From the NCBI RefSeq assembly GCF_044324875.1, contig NZ_CP172185.1: 64,000 bases of DNA; one strand, given 5' to 3'. This document shows positions 16,175 to 27,942 of this stretch, piece after piece. Below the pieces are notes generated by a model that saw nothing but the letters and a program-made list of their open reading frames with translations, had not been told where the DNA came from and ran no database searches. Position 1 is the stretch's first letter, and each line of letters begins with the position of its first letter. A program made the position numbers and the translations under genes. Source of the stretch: Escherichia coli. GTDB lineage: Bacteria; Pseudomonadota; Gammaproteobacteria; Enterobacterales; Enterobacteriaceae.

Positions 16175-17395
16175 TTATCCCAGCAAACGGTGAATACGTT
16201 GCAGGCCGGTCACCAGACGATCCACTTCTTCATGGGTGTTATACATGGCCAGCGACGCCCGACACATAGCAGGAACGTTGTAATAGGCCATTAATGGCAT
16301 AGCGCAGTGATGTCCGGTACGCACAGCAATGCCGTAGTTATCGAGAAAACTGCCAACATCATAGGCGTGGTGTTTACCGAGATTAAAAGCAATAACGCCA
16401 AGCCTGTTCTGCGGGCCATAGAGAGTGAGATCCGGTACAGATTCCAGCTGTGATAGCGCGTAGTGCATCAGATTCTGTTCATACTCGGCTATGTTATTAA
16501 GCCCCAGCGCCGAAACATACTCCAGCGCCGCGCCAAGACCAATGATGCCCCCGGTATTGGGTGTACCGGCTTCAAACCGCCAAGGTGCTTTGGTCCAGGT
16601 AGTGCCTTCACTCAGGCTGACGGTGGCGATCATAGAACCGCCCCCTTCCCACGGCGGCATCTCCTGCAACAAGGCTTCTTTGACATAAAGAATGCCAATC
16701 CCGGTGGGGCCATACAGTTTATGCCCGGAAAACACGTAAAAATCGCAATCCAGCGCCTGAACATCCACCGGATGATGCATCACCGCCTGAGCGCCATCCA
16801 CCAGCACTTTTGCGCCATGCTGGTGCGCAAGCGTGATCATTTCCGCCAGCGGATTTTCCGTTCCCAGCACGTTGGAGACATGAGTAATTGCCAGCAGGCG
16901 AGTTTTCTCATCGAACAGATTAGGTAGCATCTCCAGTTGCAGCGTACCGTCGGGGTTGAGCGGGATCACACGCAGCTCTGCGCCAACGCGTGCGCAAAGC
17001 ATCTGCCAGGGTACAATGTTAGCGTGGTGCTCCATCTGACTGATGATGATGTTATCGCCCGCCCGCACATTGCTGTTACCCCAGCTATTGGCGACCAGAT
17101 TGATCCCTTCCGTCGTGCCGCGGACGAACACCAGCTCTTCCGCCGAACGGGCATTAATAAACAGCGATGCCCGCTTGCGCACGTTCTCCATTTTCTCGGT
17201 CGCCTGGGCGCTTAAGGTATGAATACCGCGATGCACCGCGGCGTAGCCGTGACGATAAAACTCGGCCTCGGCGTCAATTACCTGGCTCGGTTTCTGCGCA
17301 CTGGCGGCGCTGTCGAGATAAGCCAGCGGCAAACCGTTTACCTCACGAGAAAGCACCGGAAAGTCGGCCCGCACTTTGTCGACGGAAAAAGTCAT
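16175..17395 (-). CDS. sufS: cysteine desulfurase SufS (PLP-dependent)
   Basis: 406-aa aminotransferase class V-like ORF; 4-bp overlap with sufD. Confidence 0.9.
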
Positions 17396-18663
17396 CTTGC
17401 ACCTCCTGGCAGTCGTTGACCGATTCGGGCCAGCACCTGCTGTTTAAGCCCCTCATCACGCAGTGCTTCCGTCAGTTCAGCAGCAAAGGCGTAGATGATC
17501 ATCTGCTGGGCATCCTGCTGATTGATCCCGCGCGAGCGCAGATAAAACATCTGTTCGTCATCAATACGCCCCACCGTCGCGCCGTGGCTGCATTTCACAT
17601 CATCTGCATAGATTTCCAGCTGCGGTTTCGTATCCACTTCCGCCAGTTTGCCCATCAGCAGATTATTGTTGGTCATCTGACCATCCGTTTTGATGGCGTG
17701 CTGCGCGACGTTGATCAAACCGTTAAATACCGCGCGGCCTTTGTCGCTGACGATAGTTTTGTGCAACTGTCGGCTGTTACAAAAACCTTTATTGTGTTCC
17801 AGCCAGGTACGAGTATCACACACCTCGTTTTTCACCGGCATCGCCAGGCTATTGATCCGCAGCGTGCTGTTTTCGCCATTGAGTTGCGTACTGGTGTTGT
17901 GTCGTAACACTGCGCCACCCAGCAGGAAACTGTGGCTAAATGCGGTGGCATCGTCAGCCAGCAACAAATCGTTATGAGCAAAGTGGTGACTGAGCGGGTT
18001 TTCAAACGCCAGCTTGATATGCTGCAAGTGGGCGTTCGCTGCGACGTTGATAGTGAACCGTGCGCCGGTGAAGTGACGAGCATCATTAAGGCTGACAAAA
18101 TGTTCGATCACCGTTGCTTCGGCACCTTCCGCCAGATCCAGATGATGTCGGTAATGGGCAGTGTTCACCTCTTCACCTGCCACGCCCTGGGTGATATGCA
18201 TTAACAGCAATGGCTTTGCCGGTCGTTGACCGCGCTTCACGACGATATGCGTCACGCTTTGTGCCAGGCTTTCCGTCAAATGCAGAAACACTTCCGCCTG
18301 AATAGCGTCGGGTAACCCCTGGCGGTCATCGTTAATGCTCACTTCATATCCGCTACCTTCAGTTGCATCGCTCAGTGCTGACACGTAACGTCCATCGACA
18401 AACACCAGCCGCACAGCGTCTAACGTTAACGCTAAGGCATCTCGCTGCTGTGGGGATATCTCTCCCGCAATGCAGACAAACTGGCTATTGGTCAGCCCTT
18501 CCAGCGGCGTATATTTCCAGTTTTCATGTTTCCGTGTCGGCAGTCCGGTACGCAGCAATTGTTGTAAATGCTGCTGTGCTTGCGGGGAGCGTTTTGCACC
18601 CTCGGCTTCAAACAAATGATGCCACTGTTGCAGCGCGTTACTACTGTTCGGTAAGCCAGCCAT
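17392..18663 (-). CDS. sufD: Fe-S cluster assembly protein SufD
   Basis: 423-aa ORF beginning [18 protein letters not shown]. Confidence 0.9.
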
Positions 18664-19384
18664 AACCCTGCTCCTCCAGTTGTTTGACCAACGTGAAATC
18701 TCCGGATTTCACAATTCGTCCCTGATACAGCACATGGACGTAATCAGGCTTGATGTAGTCGAGAATGCGTTGGTAGTGCGTAACAATGATGAATGAACGC
18801 TTGCCGTCACGCAGCGAGTTCACGCCATCGGCAACCACTTTTAATGCGTCAATATCCAGCCCGGAGTCCGACTCATCAAGAATGCATAACTCCGGTTCCA
18901 GCACCGCCATTTGCAAAATATCGTTGCGCTTTTTCTCGCCGCCGGAAAAACCAACGTTTACCGAACGGGTTAATAAATCCTCCGGCATCTTCAGGAGAGC
19001 GATTTTCTCTTCCATCAAATCCTGAAAATCAAAGCGGTCGAGCGTTTCCTGGCCGCGATAGCTGCGCACCGCATTAAGTGCCGTTTGCAGGAAAAACTGG
19101 TTACTGACGCCGGGAATTTCCACCGGATACTGGAAGGCCATAAAGATGCCTTCACCTGCACGATCTTCCGGCGACAGCGCAAGCAAATCTTTGCCTTTGA
19201 ACTCAACTGCGCCGCCCGTCACCTCATAATCTTCTCGCCCGGCAAGCGTTGCCGATAAGGTACTTTTGCCAGAACCGTTTGGCCCCATAATGGCGTGAAC
19301 TTCGCCGGGACGAACGTCGAGGCTTAATCCACGCAGGATAGCTTTATCTTCCACGCTGACGTGTAAATCTTTAATACTTAACAT
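18641..19384 (-). CDS. sufC: Fe-S cluster assembly ATPase SufC
   Basis: Walker A GPNGSGKST and ABC signature; overlaps sufD start. Confidence 0.9.
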   Translation of the reverse strand: MLSIKDLHVSVEDKAILRGLSLDVRPGEVHAIMGPNGSGKSTLSATLAGREDYEVTGGAVEFKGKDLLALSPEDRAGEGIFMAFQYPVEIPGVSNQFFLQTALNAVRSYRGQETLDRFDFQDLMEEKIALLKMPEDLLTRSVNVGFSGGEKKRNDILQMAVLEPELCILDESDSGLDIDALKVVADGVNSLRDGKRSFIIVTHYQRILDYIKPDYVHVLYQGRIVKSGDFTLVKQLEEQGYGWLTEQ

Positions 19385-19393
19385 GTTTATTCC

Positions 19394-20881
19394 TTATCCG
19401 ACGCTGTGTTCAAGACTGATGGCGAGGAGTTTTTGTGCTTCAACGGCAAATTCCAGCGGCAGTTCTGAGAACACGTCTTTGCAGAAACCGTTAACAATCA
19501 TCGAGATGGCGTCTTCTTCGCTGATCCCGCGTTGCAGGCAGTAAAACAGTTGATCTTCACCAATACGTGATGTCGTTGCCTCGTGCTCCAGTTGTGCGCT
19601 GTTATTGCGACATTCGACATACGGGAAGGTATGCGCCCCACAATTAGCGCCAATCAGCATTGAGTCGCACTGAGTGAAATTGCGCGCATTGGTTGCCGTC
19701 GGCATGATTTTCACTAAGCCGCGATAACTGTTCTGACTATGTCCGGCAGAGATCCCTTTCGAGATAATGGTCGATTTGGTGTTTTTACCGATGTGGATCA
19801 TCTTGGTGCCGGTATCCGCTTGCTGATGACCGCTGGTCAGTGCCACTGAGTAAAACTCACCAATGGAGTTATCGCCGCGCAAAATGCAGCTGGGATATTT
19901 CCACGTAATCGCTGACCCGGTTTCTGATTGCGTCCATGACATTTTGCTGTTTTCGCCTTCGCACAAAGCACGCTTGGTGACGAAGTTGAGAATACCGCCG
20001 GTGTTGTTATCGCCAGGGAACCAGTTTTGTACCGTGGAATATTTCACCTCGGCGTTTTTATGGATGATGACTTCCACCACCGCCGCGTGTAACTGATAGC
20101 TGTCACGCACCGGAGCGGAACAGCCTTCAATGTAGCTGACGTAGCTGTCTTCGTCGGCCACCAGAATGGTGCGCTCAAACTGCCCGGTTTTTTCCGCGTT
20201 AATACGAAAATAGGTGGAAAGTTCCATCGGGCAGCGCACGCCTTTAGGCACATAAATAAACGTACCGTCAGAGGCTACCGCCGCATTAAGTGCGGCAAAG
20301 AAGTTGTCATTCCCCGGCACCACGGTGCCGAGATATTTACGCACCAGTTCCGGGTGATCGTGGATCGCCTCGCCAAAGGAACAGAAAATAATTCCCTGCT
20401 CCGCCAGTTTTTCGCGATAAGTGGTGGCAACCGAAACAGAGTCGAAAATGGCATCCACCGCCACCTCTTTGCCTTCCCGCACGGGAACGCCCAACTGCTC
20501 AAACGCCGCCTCCACCTCTTTACTTAAAAAGGCGTTCGCGCCAGTTTGCTGCACCGCGCCGGGTTCAGACGCGCAGTTGTCGTCACAATTACCGCACGAT
20601 GGTGCTGAGTAGTAGCTGTAATCCTGATAATTCAGCTTGTCGTAGTGCGCTTTCAACCAGTGCGGCTCTTCCATCTCCAGCCATGCGCGATAGGCGTTGA
20701 GACGAAACTCCAGCATCCACTCCGGCTCATTACGCTTCGCCGAAATTGCGCGCACCACCTCTTCGTTTATCCCCTTTGCCAGCTCATCGGTGGCTAACTG
20801 GGTGAAGAATCCTTCTTTATAATTCAGCGGGCCGCCGGTCCAGGTTTTGACATCGTCAGTTGCTTCAGTATTACGAGACAT
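19394..20881 (-). CDS. sufB: Fe-S cluster assembly scaffold SufB
   Basis: Start set at [10 protein letters not shown] (495 aa) inside the 508-aa ORF. Confidence 0.9.
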   Translation of the reverse strand: MSRNTEATDDVKTWTGGPLNYKEGFFTQLATDELAKGINEEVVRAISAKRNEPEWMLEFRLNAYRAWLEMEEPHWLKAHYDKLNYQDYSYYSAPSCGNCDDNCASEPGAVQQTGANAFLSKEVEAAFEQLGVPVREGKEVAVDAIFDSVSVATTYREKLAEQGIIFCSFGEAIHDHPELVRKYLGTVVPGNDNFFAALNAAVASDGTFIYVPKGVRCPMELSTYFRINAEKTGQFERTILVADEDSYVSYIEGCSAPVRDSYQLHAAVVEVIIHKNAEVKYSTVQNWFPGDNNTGGILNFVTKRALCEGENSKMSWTQSETGSAITWKYPSCILRGDNSIGEFYSVALTSGHQQADTGTKMIHIGKNTKSTIISKGISAGHSQNSYRGLVKIMPTATNARNFTQCDSMLIGANCGAHTFPYVECRNNSAQLEHEATTSRIGEDQLFYCLQRGISEEDAISMIVNGFCKDVFSELPLEFAVEAQKLLAISLEHSVG

Positions 20882-20889
20882 AGTACCGC

Positions 20890-21258
20890 CTATACCCCAA
20901 AGCTTTCGCCACAGCCACATTCATTCTGGGCTTTAGGGTTGTGAAATTTGAATATCTGATTAAGTCCTTCACGAACGAAATCGACTTCCGTGCCATCAAT
21001 AAACGGCATCGCTTGCAGCGGGACAAACAGCTTCGCGCCGTCGTGTTCAAACAGCAGATCGTCTTTGTCCGGCTCGCTAACACTGTCGAGCACATAGCCA
21101 AAGCCCGCGCAGCCCGTTTGCTTCACGCCTAAGCGCACGCCGACCATACCCGGCTGCTTTGCCACCAGCTCGCGTATGTGGACAGCGGCTGCGGGTGTCA
21201 GCGTTAAGCCCTGCCAGGCGAAATCCTGTGGATTAAAGGTTCCTGAATGCATGTCCAT
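20890..21258 (-). CDS. sufA: Fe-S cluster A-type carrier SufA
   Basis: 122-aa ORF with the C-terminal CGCGESF motif. Confidence 0.9.
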   Translation of the reverse strand: MDMHSGTFNPQDFAWQGLTLTPAAAVHIRELVAKQPGMVGVRLGVKQTGCAGFGYVLDSVSEPDKDDLLFEHDGAKLFVPLQAMPFIDGTEVDFVREGLNQIFKFHNPKAQNECGCGESFGV

Positions 21259-21300
21259 CGATTTACCTCACTTCATCGCTTTCAGCGTATAACAGCATGT

Positions 21301-21320
21301 TAGTGATAATGATTATCAGT
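21301..21320. promoter_or_regulatory. Fur box in the suf promoter region
   Basis: tagtgataatgattatcag, a GATAATGATTATC-type Fur iron box just upstream of sufA. Confidence 0.5.
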
Positions 21321-21430
21321 TCAACCCAGCAAACGCAGGGGCTTTACCGTAAAACATGCTTTTTTCCTGCTTTTAATAAGCATAGACCCTGATGTGTGGG
21401 TTAACAGGCACGCTAAGAATTAGGTATCTC

Positions 21431-21453
21431 ATTGTTAGATAATGATTATTATC
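21431..21453. promoter_or_regulatory. second Fur-like AT-rich repeat (gttagataatgattattatcta)
   Basis: Resembles a Fur box; unverified. Confidence 0.25.
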
Positions 21454-21539
21454 TAAGGAGCATTAAGGCTGTGATGAAAAAGAAAAAGTTGTATTGAAAA
21501 TGACTATTTAAGAGATAGGTAAAAAAGTGCAGCGTTCAG

Positions 21540-21610
21540 AAATAAGAAAACCCTTAAGTCTGTGCGACACAGGCTTAAGGGTTTCTACCCCATCCGGCGC
21601 TTATCTCCGG
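21540..21610 (-). ncRNA. rydB: small RNA, probably RydB, with its terminator
   Basis: Minus-strand hairpin aacccttaag...cttaagggtt followed by a U-run between sufA and ydiH; identity from remembered synteny, boundaries approximate. Confidence 0.35.
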
Positions 21611-21806
21611 CACTCTCAGTGGCTTAGCTCTTGAAGGGGCGATAAGAATAATCTCATAAAGCTAACCCGCCGTTTTAACACAAACTGCGATTAGTATTAT
21701 TTTTGAACAATATCAGGCGGGTAGATAAGCAGTATTAAGAAGGTCATCGAACCTGGACGGAGGTTAATCCAGGTCGATTTGGCGAAATTGCGGCATTAAG
21801 TCAGGA

Positions 21807-21995
21807 TCAATGCACGCCCAGACGCCAGGCAAAGTAGATTTCTTCTTTTAATTCAGCAGAAGAGAGAGTAAGCAGGTCAGCAAATTCAAGTTCTAGTTGT
21901 TTCAGACGTTTGAGATATTGGGCAGGTGAAAGATTGCTCTGGTCACGGCGTAAAAATTCAATGGCCAGCTGGGTGGGATCAAGTTGAGTAGACAT
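21807..21995 (-). CDS. ydiH: small conserved protein
   Basis: 62-aa reading from the internal Met MSTQLDPTQLAIEF of the 89-aa ORF. Confidence 0.55.
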   Translation of the reverse strand: MSTQLDPTQLAIEFLRRDQSNLSPAQYLKRLKQLELEFADLLTLSSAELKEEIYFAWRLGVH

Positions 21996-22094
21996 AGCAT
22001 CCTCGCTTTTAGACAAGACCTGCACAGTATACCACCGTTTACTGTGCAGATAATGACCAAAAGCAATATGCGTCACACTTTTCTGGTGACAACG

Positions 22095-22505
22095 TCACAA
22101 AATGGCGGTCGTCAATCGTGACGAACAGCACAAACGCCCTTTCTCATCGAAGATTTCAATCTGCCAGACCTGGTGACGCGAACCGAGATGCAACGGTTTG
22201 CATACGCCGCGCACCCGCCCTTCTCGTGCCGAGCGGACGTGGTTAGCATTGATTTCCAGACCAACCACCTTTTGCTCACCTTCGGTACATAAATAACCGG
22301 CAACGGAACCGATACTTTCGGCCAGTACCACGGATGCCCCTCCATGCAGCAACCCGAAAGGCTGCTTTGTCCGCGAGTCTACTGGCATTGTCGCTTCAAG
22401 GGTGTCATCACCAATATGTTCAAAGCGAATATCCAGCAACCCCACCATGTTTCCTTCACCCATGGCATTCAGTGCTTCCAGGGTGATTTTTCGTTTCCAT
22501 ATCAT
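22095..22505 (-). CDS. menI: hotdog-fold thioesterase (1,4-dihydroxy-2-naphthoyl-CoA hydrolase)
   Basis: 136-aa PaaI-type ORF; 4-bp overlap with ydiJ. Confidence 0.8.
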   Translation of the reverse strand: MIWKRKITLEALNAMGEGNMVGLLDIRFEHIGDDTLEATMPVDSRTKQPFGLLHGGASVVLAESIGSVAGYLCTEGEQKVVGLEINANHVRSAREGRVRGVCKPLHLGSRHQVWQIEIFDEKGRLCCSSRLTTAIL

Positions 22506-25500
22506 TTAATAATCTCCAGTAAAGCCTGCACAGGATGGCGTACCCCCGTGCCTTCGACCCGTTTTACCTGGCTACGGCAGGAATATCCGGTCGCCAGACA
22601 GCGATTACGCGGCAGTCGCTGCATCGCCTGATGCCAGGATAACTCATAGATCCCGAGCGAATTTTTATGGTTTTTCGCTTCATGTCCGTAAGTCCCTGCC
22701 ATGCCGCAGCAACCCACGCTGACATTTTCCAGTTTCGCGCCAAAACGGGCAAATATCGCGGCCCATTGTGCTGGCGCGCCCGGCAAAGCGGTAACTTCGG
22801 TACAGTGACCAAAGAAATACCATGATTCACCGCTGACTGTAGCCACTGGCTGTGAGTCAAGTGCGCTTGCCAGCCATTCATTCGCCAGTAAGACGTTAAA
22901 CTCGCCACGTTCCTCGCCCAGCGCCAGTTTATATTCATCGCGATAACAAAGTACCAGCGCCGGATCGACGCCCACCATTGGCATCCCCAGCTTCGCCATA
23001 CGGTTGAGGAAATCCGCCGTCTTTTTCGCCGTCTTCGCAAAACGATTAAGAAAGCCTTTGATATGCTGGGCTTTGCCATTTGGCGAAAATGGCAGTAACA
23101 CAGGCTGGAAACCTAATTTTTCGACCAGACGGACAAAATCCGCCACCACTTGCGCATCGTAATAGCTGGTAAAGGGGTCCTGCACCACCAACACCGTGCG
23201 CGCTTTCTGCTCTGCATTGAGAGCTTCAAGCTGTTCCAGCGTCATATTCGCCGAGCGATGCCCCACCATTTGTTGTTGCAGCGAGGGGACCGACAGCAGC
23301 GGCAAATCAACCATGCCAATATGTTTTTCCGAGAGTTTGCGCACCAGCGGCTGGTTAATGAAGAAGTTAAAGGTTTTCGGCGCGCGTGCCATCAGCGGTG
23401 CGTAGCTCTCGACCGTAGCGACAAGGTGGTCGCGCAGAGGGCGTAAATAACGGGTGTGATAGAGCTGCAGAAAACGAGAGCGAAACTCCGGCACATCAAT
23501 TTTGATGGGGCACTGGGTCGAACAAGCTTTACAGGCCAGACAGCCCGACATCGCCTCTTTGACTTCGTGGGAGAAGTCATATTCGCCTTTATTCGCATGC
23601 CAGCTATTGCGCGTGCGGGCAATTAACGTCCGCAAACTGACGCCGGATTCAGGCAGTTCTTGTTCCAGTTTGAGTGGGTCAACGCCGCGATCCGCCAACA
23701 AGCGCAGCCATTCACGCACCAGCGTTGCGCGCCCTTTCGGTGAATGAATCCGGTTCTGGGTGATCTTCATCGACGGACACATCGGACTACGGACATCAAA
23801 GTTGAAGCATAAACCGTTGCCGTTACACTCCATCGCACCGCGCCACTGCTGGCGTACCGCAATGGGGATCTGCCGATCGAATGTACCGCGCTTCACCGCG
23901 TCCACTTTCATCATCGGCGCATCGAGACCTTCTGGCGGGCAAATCTTCCCAGGGTTGAGTCGGTTATGCGGGTCAAATGCCGCTTTCACTTTGCGCAGTT
24001 CTGCAAAAAGTTCCTCACCGAAAAACGCCGGGCTGTATTCAGCGCGAAAACCTTTGCCGTGCTCGCCCCACAACAAACCACCGTATTTCGCGGTAAGCGC
24101 CACTACGTCATCAGAGATTTGCTTCATCAAAATCTCTTGTTGCGGATCGCACATATCCAGCGCAGGACGGACGTGCAAGACACCTGCGTCGACGTGACCG
24201 AACATACCGTAGCTTAAGCCGTGGCTGTCGAGCAGCGCGCGAAATTCAGCAATATAATCGGCCAGATGTTCCGGCGGTACGCAGGTATCCTCAGCAAACG
24301 GAATTGGCTTGGCTGCTCCTTTGGCATTACCGAGCAGGCCGACAGCTTTTTTGCGCATCGCATAAATACGCTCAACACCTGCCAGCTCACTGCATACCTG
24401 CCAGCCGATCACACCTGCCTGTTGGCTGGCGATAAGTTCATCCAGCCGCGCACAGAGTGCATTTACTCGCTCATCAATCAGCGTCTCATCATCACCAGCA
24501 AATTCCACAATGTTCAGCCCGAGCATCTCTTTGTCTGGCACATCGGTAATCAACTCGCTGACGGAATGCCAGACGATATCTTCCCGCGCCAGATTCAGCA
24601 CTTTTGAGTCCACCGTCTCTACCGACAGCGCCCGCGCCTCAACCATAAACGGCGCGTTACGCAGCGCGGAGTCAAAAGAGTCATATTTGACGTTCACCAG
24701 ACGGCGCACTTTAGGCAAGGGCGTAATATCCAGCCGCGCTTCGGTAATAAAGGCCAGCGTCCCTTCTGAACCCGTCAGAATGCGCGTCAGGTCGAACTCG
24801 GTCATCTCATCGTTAAAGACATGACGCAGATCGTAACCGGTAAGAAAGCGGTTAAGTTTGGGGAAGTTGTCGATGATTAACTGGCGTTGCTGACGGCAAC
24901 GTTGATAAACCGTGTTATAAATTCGCCCGATTGTGGTATTGGATTTACCCAGCGTTTCCGCCAGCTCGACGGGTAAAGGTTGCGTATCGAGAATATCGCC
25001 CCCCAACAATACCGCACGTAGGCCAAGTACGTGATCTGACGTTTTGCCATAGACCAGCGATCCCTGACCGGATGCATCGGTATTGATCATCCCGCCGAGC
25101 GTTGCCCGGTTGCTGGTCGAAAGCTCCGGCGCAAAAAAGTAGCCGAACGGTTTCAGGTACTGATTGAGTTGGTCTTTTATCACCCCGGCCTCAACGCGCA
25201 CCCAGCCCTCTTCAGGGTTAATTTCGATGATGCGGTTCATATGGCGGGACATATCAACAATAATCCCCTGGTTGAGCGCCTGACCGTTAGTGCCGGTGCC
25301 GCCGCCGCGGGGGGTAAAGATCAGCGATGAATAGCGTTCCTGCGCGGCAAGACGGGCGATCAGCGCCACATCTGCGGTTGAACGCGGAAATACCACCGCA
25401 TCGGGGAGAAGTTGGTAAATACTATTGTCGGTCGACATTGTCAGACGATCGGCATAACTTGTCGCCGTATCGCCGGTAAACCCCTGTTGCTCCAGCTCTT

Positions 25501-25558
25501 GCAAAAAATTAAGCACCAGTTGAACGACGCCGGGTGCCTGGGAAATCTGTGGAATCAT
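22502..25558 (-). CDS. ydiJ: FAD-linked oxidase fused to Fe-S/CCG domains
   Basis: 1018-aa ORF with FAD-binding N-terminal region and Cys-rich C-terminal region. Confidence 0.9.
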   Translation of the reverse strand: MIPQISQAPGVVQLVLNFLQELEQQGFTGDTATSYADRLTMSTDNSIYQLLPDAVVFPRSTADVALIARLAAQERYSSLIFTPRGGGTGTNGQALNQGIIVDMSRHMNRIIEINPEEGWVRVEAGVIKDQLNQYLKPFGYFFAPELSTSNRATLGGMINTDASGQGSLVYGKTSDHVLGLRAVLLGGDILDTQPLPVELAETLGKSNTTIGRIYNTVYQRCRQQRQLIIDNFPKLNRFLTGYDLRHVFNDEMTEFDLTRILTGSEGTLAFITEARLDITPLPKVRRLVNVKYDSFDSALRNAPFMVEARALSVETVDSKVLNLAREDIVWHSVSELITDVPDKEMLGLNIVEFAGDDETLIDERVNALCARLDELIASQQAGVIGWQVCSELAGVERIYAMRKKAVGLLGNAKGAAKPIPFAEDTCVPPEHLADYIAEFRALLDSHGLSYGMFGHVDAGVLHVRPALDMCDPQQEILMKQISDDVVALTAKYGGLLWGEHGKGFRAEYSPAFFGEELFAELRKVKAAFDPHNRLNPGKICPPEGLDAPMMKVDAVKRGTFDRQIPIAVRQQWRGAMECNGNGLCFNFDVRSPMCPSMKITQNRIHSPKGRATLVREWLRLLADRGVDPLKLEQELPESGVSLRTLIARTRNSWHANKGEYDFSHEVKEAMSGCLACKACSTQCPIKIDVPEFRSRFLQLYHTRYLRPLRDHLVATVESYAPLMARAPKTFNFFINQPLVRKLSEKHIGMVDLPLLSVPSLQQQMVGHRSANMTLEQLEALNAEQKARTVLVVQDPFTSYYDAQVVADFVRLVEKLGFQPVLLPFSPNGKAQHIKGFLNRFAKTAKKTADFLNRMAKLGMPMVGVDPALVLCYRDEYKLALGEERGEFNVLLANEWLASALDSQPVATVSGESWYFFGHCTEVTALPGAPAQWAAIFARFGAKLENVSVGCCGMAGTYGHEAKNHKNSLGIYELSWHQAMQRLPRNRCLATGYSCRSQVKRVEGTGVRHPVQALLEIIK

Positions 25559-25946
25559 TATATTGACCCTTTCCTGCGGTCTGTGATGTAGGTCGATACA
25601 CTATTCTTTCAGGCGGCTGCAATAGCGCACTGAAAGGTGATGTTTATTTACTCTATGGATTTCGAGTTGCAGGAAGGCGGCAAGCGAGTGAACTCCAGGA
25701 GCTTACAATAGTAAGTGACTGGGGTGAACGAACGTAGCCGCAGCACATGCAACTTGAAATACGACGAGTAAATCGTTTGCGTGTTGCCTGAGTTGTTGTA
25801 CCACATTTTTTTCTAACACGCCCATCAGAATTAAGGGCAGAATCGGCCTGTTAAAAACCGCTGAAATTGCTCATCATTATGCAGGTGAGTTTCGCGTGTT
25901 CACGTCGCGTCGACGATTTGACGCACAAAAAAGGTGAAAAGTTGTT

Positions 25947-27059
25947 ATGGTAAATGTTCGTCAGCCCAGGGATGTCGCACAAATTCTGCTTTCGGTGCTC
26001 TTTTTAGCCATCATGATTGTGGCATGTCTGTGGATTGTACAACCCTTTATTCTCGGCTTTGCATGGGCTGGTACGGTGGTTATCGCCACCTGGCCGGTAT
26101 TGTTACGTTTGCAAAAGATCATGTTTGGTCGCCGCTCTCTCGCCGTTCTGGTGATGACGCTGTTATTAGTGATGGTGTTTATCATCCCTATTGCCTTGCT
26201 GGTTAACAGTATCGTCGACGGCAGCGGCCCGCTAATTAAAGCCATTTCCAGCGGTGACATGACGTTACCCGATCTGGCGTGGCTTAATACCATTCCGGTG
26301 ATTGGCGCGAAGCTATATGCAGGCTGGCACAACTTGCTGGATATGGGGGGGACGGCGATCATGGCGAAAGTCCGCCCTTATATTGGCACCACCACCACCT
26401 GGTTCGTTGGGCAAGCGGCGCATATCGGGCGCTTTATGGTGCATTGTGCGCTGATGCTTCTCTTCAGTGCCCTGCTGTACTGGCGCGGTGAACAGGTGGC
26501 ACAAGGCATTCGCCATTTTGCAACCCGTCTGGCAGGCGTTCGTGGAGATGCCGCCGTGCTGCTGGCGGCACAAGCTATCCGCGCGGTGGCGCTGGGTGTT
26601 GTGGTGACAGCGTTAGTACAGGCAGTGCTTGGCGGTATCGGGCTCGCCGTATCCGGCGTACCTTATGCAACTTTGCTCACGGTGTTAATGATCCTCTCCT
26701 GCCTTGTCCAGCTTGGACCGTTGCCGGTACTGATTCCGGCGATTATCTGGCTCTACTGGACTGGCGATACCACCTGGGGAACGGTACTGTTAGTTTGGAG
26801 CGGTGTGGTTGGCACGCTGGATAACGTCATCCGCCCAATGTTAATTCGCATGGGTGCCGATTTACCGCTGATCCTGATTCTCTCTGGCGTTATTGGTGGT
26901 TTGATTGCTTTCGGGATGATCGGCCTGTTTATTGGTCCGGTTCTGTTAGCCGTTTCCTGGCGTCTTTTTGCCGCGTGGGTGGAAGAAGTCCCACCGCCGA
27001 CGGACCAACCGGAAGAAATTCTCGAAGAACTTGGCGAAATCGAGAAATCGAATAAGTAA
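25947..27059 (+). CDS. ydiK: AI-2E-family (PerM-like) inner-membrane transporter
   Basis: 370-aa polytopic ORF. Confidence 0.85.
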   Translation: MVNVRQPRDVAQILLSVLFLAIMIVACLWIVQPFILGFAWAGTVVIATWPVLLRLQKIMFGRRSLAVLVMTLLLVMVFIIPIALLVNSIVDGSGPLIKAISSGDMTLPDLAWLNTIPVIGAKLYAGWHNLLDMGGTAIMAKVRPYIGTTTTWFVGQAAHIGRFMVHCALMLLFSALLYWRGEQVAQGIRHFATRLAGVRGDAAVLLAAQAIRAVALGVVVTALVQAVLGGIGLAVSGVPYATLLTVLMILSCLVQLGPLPVLIPAIIWLYWTGDTTWGTVLLVWSGVVGTLDNVIRPMLIRMGADLPLILILSGVIGGLIAFGMIGLFIGPVLLAVSWRLFAAWVEEVPPPTDQPEEILEELGEIEKSNK

Positions 27060-27244
27060 TTTCTCATCAGGCGGCTCTGCCGCCTGATTGTTAACCCCTG
27101 CTAATTGATATTTGCTTGCTCTTCCCCATATTTTCCTGCTTACCGCCATTCAGCTGGTAGTACCTGTCGCAAATTCTTTACAGTTTTTAAACTAATGAGA
27201 CGAATCTGATCGACACAAAAAGTCCGTATGCCTACTATTAGCTC

Positions 27245-27349
27245 ACGGTTATAAATCAACTTATTGATTTATAAGCATGGAAATCCCCTGAGTGAAACAA
27301 CGAATTGCTGTGTGTAGTCTTTGCCCATCTCCCACGATGGGCTTTTTTT
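27245..27349 (+). ncRNA. rprA: RprA small regulatory RNA
   Basis: ACGGTTATAAATCAAC...CCCATCTCCCACGATGGGCTTTTTTTT matches the RprA sequence as remembered, including its terminator. Confidence 0.9.
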
Positions 27350-27487
27350 TAACATTTTTCCGCTTCGCTATCTCGCCCCTCACTCTTTCCAATAATGTTG
27401 CACAAGATACTGTGACTCTCTTCAAGCCGTCAGCAGGCTGATAATGTTATTTATATTTTATTGTTTATTTCATGCAGCCATTACACG

Positions 27488-27844
27488 ATGAACGCTTATG
27501 AACTCCAGGCACTCCGCCATATTTTTGCCATGACTATTGATGAATGCGCGACCTGGATTGCCCAGACCGGTGACAGTGAAAGCTGGCGTCAATGGGAAAA
27601 TGGCAAATACGCCATTCCTGATCGTGTAGTCGAGCAACTGTTGGCTATGCGTCAGCAAAGAAAAAAACATCTTCATGCCATCATAGAGAAAATAAATAAC
27701 CGCATCGGCAACAACACCATGCGTTTTTTCCCCGACTTAACCGCGTTTCAACAAGTCTACCCTGATGGCAATTTTATTGACTGGAAGATCTATCAATCGG
27801 TAGCCGCTGAATTATATGCACACGATCTGGAGCGCCTTTGTTAA
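27488..27844 (+). CDS. ydiL: uncharacterised protein
   Basis: Start at MNAYELQALRH (118 aa). Confidence 0.7.
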   Translation: MNAYELQALRHIFAMTIDECATWIAQTGDSESWRQWENGKYAIPDRVVEQLLAMRQQRKKHLHAIIEKINNRIGNNTMRFFPDLTAFQQVYPDGNFIDWKIYQSVAAELYAHDLERLC

Positions 27845-27942
27845 TTTTCCAAAGAAAGGAATTGTCGTTGTTACAACAATAATGAACGGATGCTGACACA
27901 ACATCGCTTCACTTTTTAAAGCACCTTTGCTAAGTAGAACCT

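Noticed and set aside
22564-25077. Several 60-170-aa ORFs inside ydiJ on both strands
   Set aside because: Nested within the continuous 1018-aa ydiJ frame; shadow ORFs.
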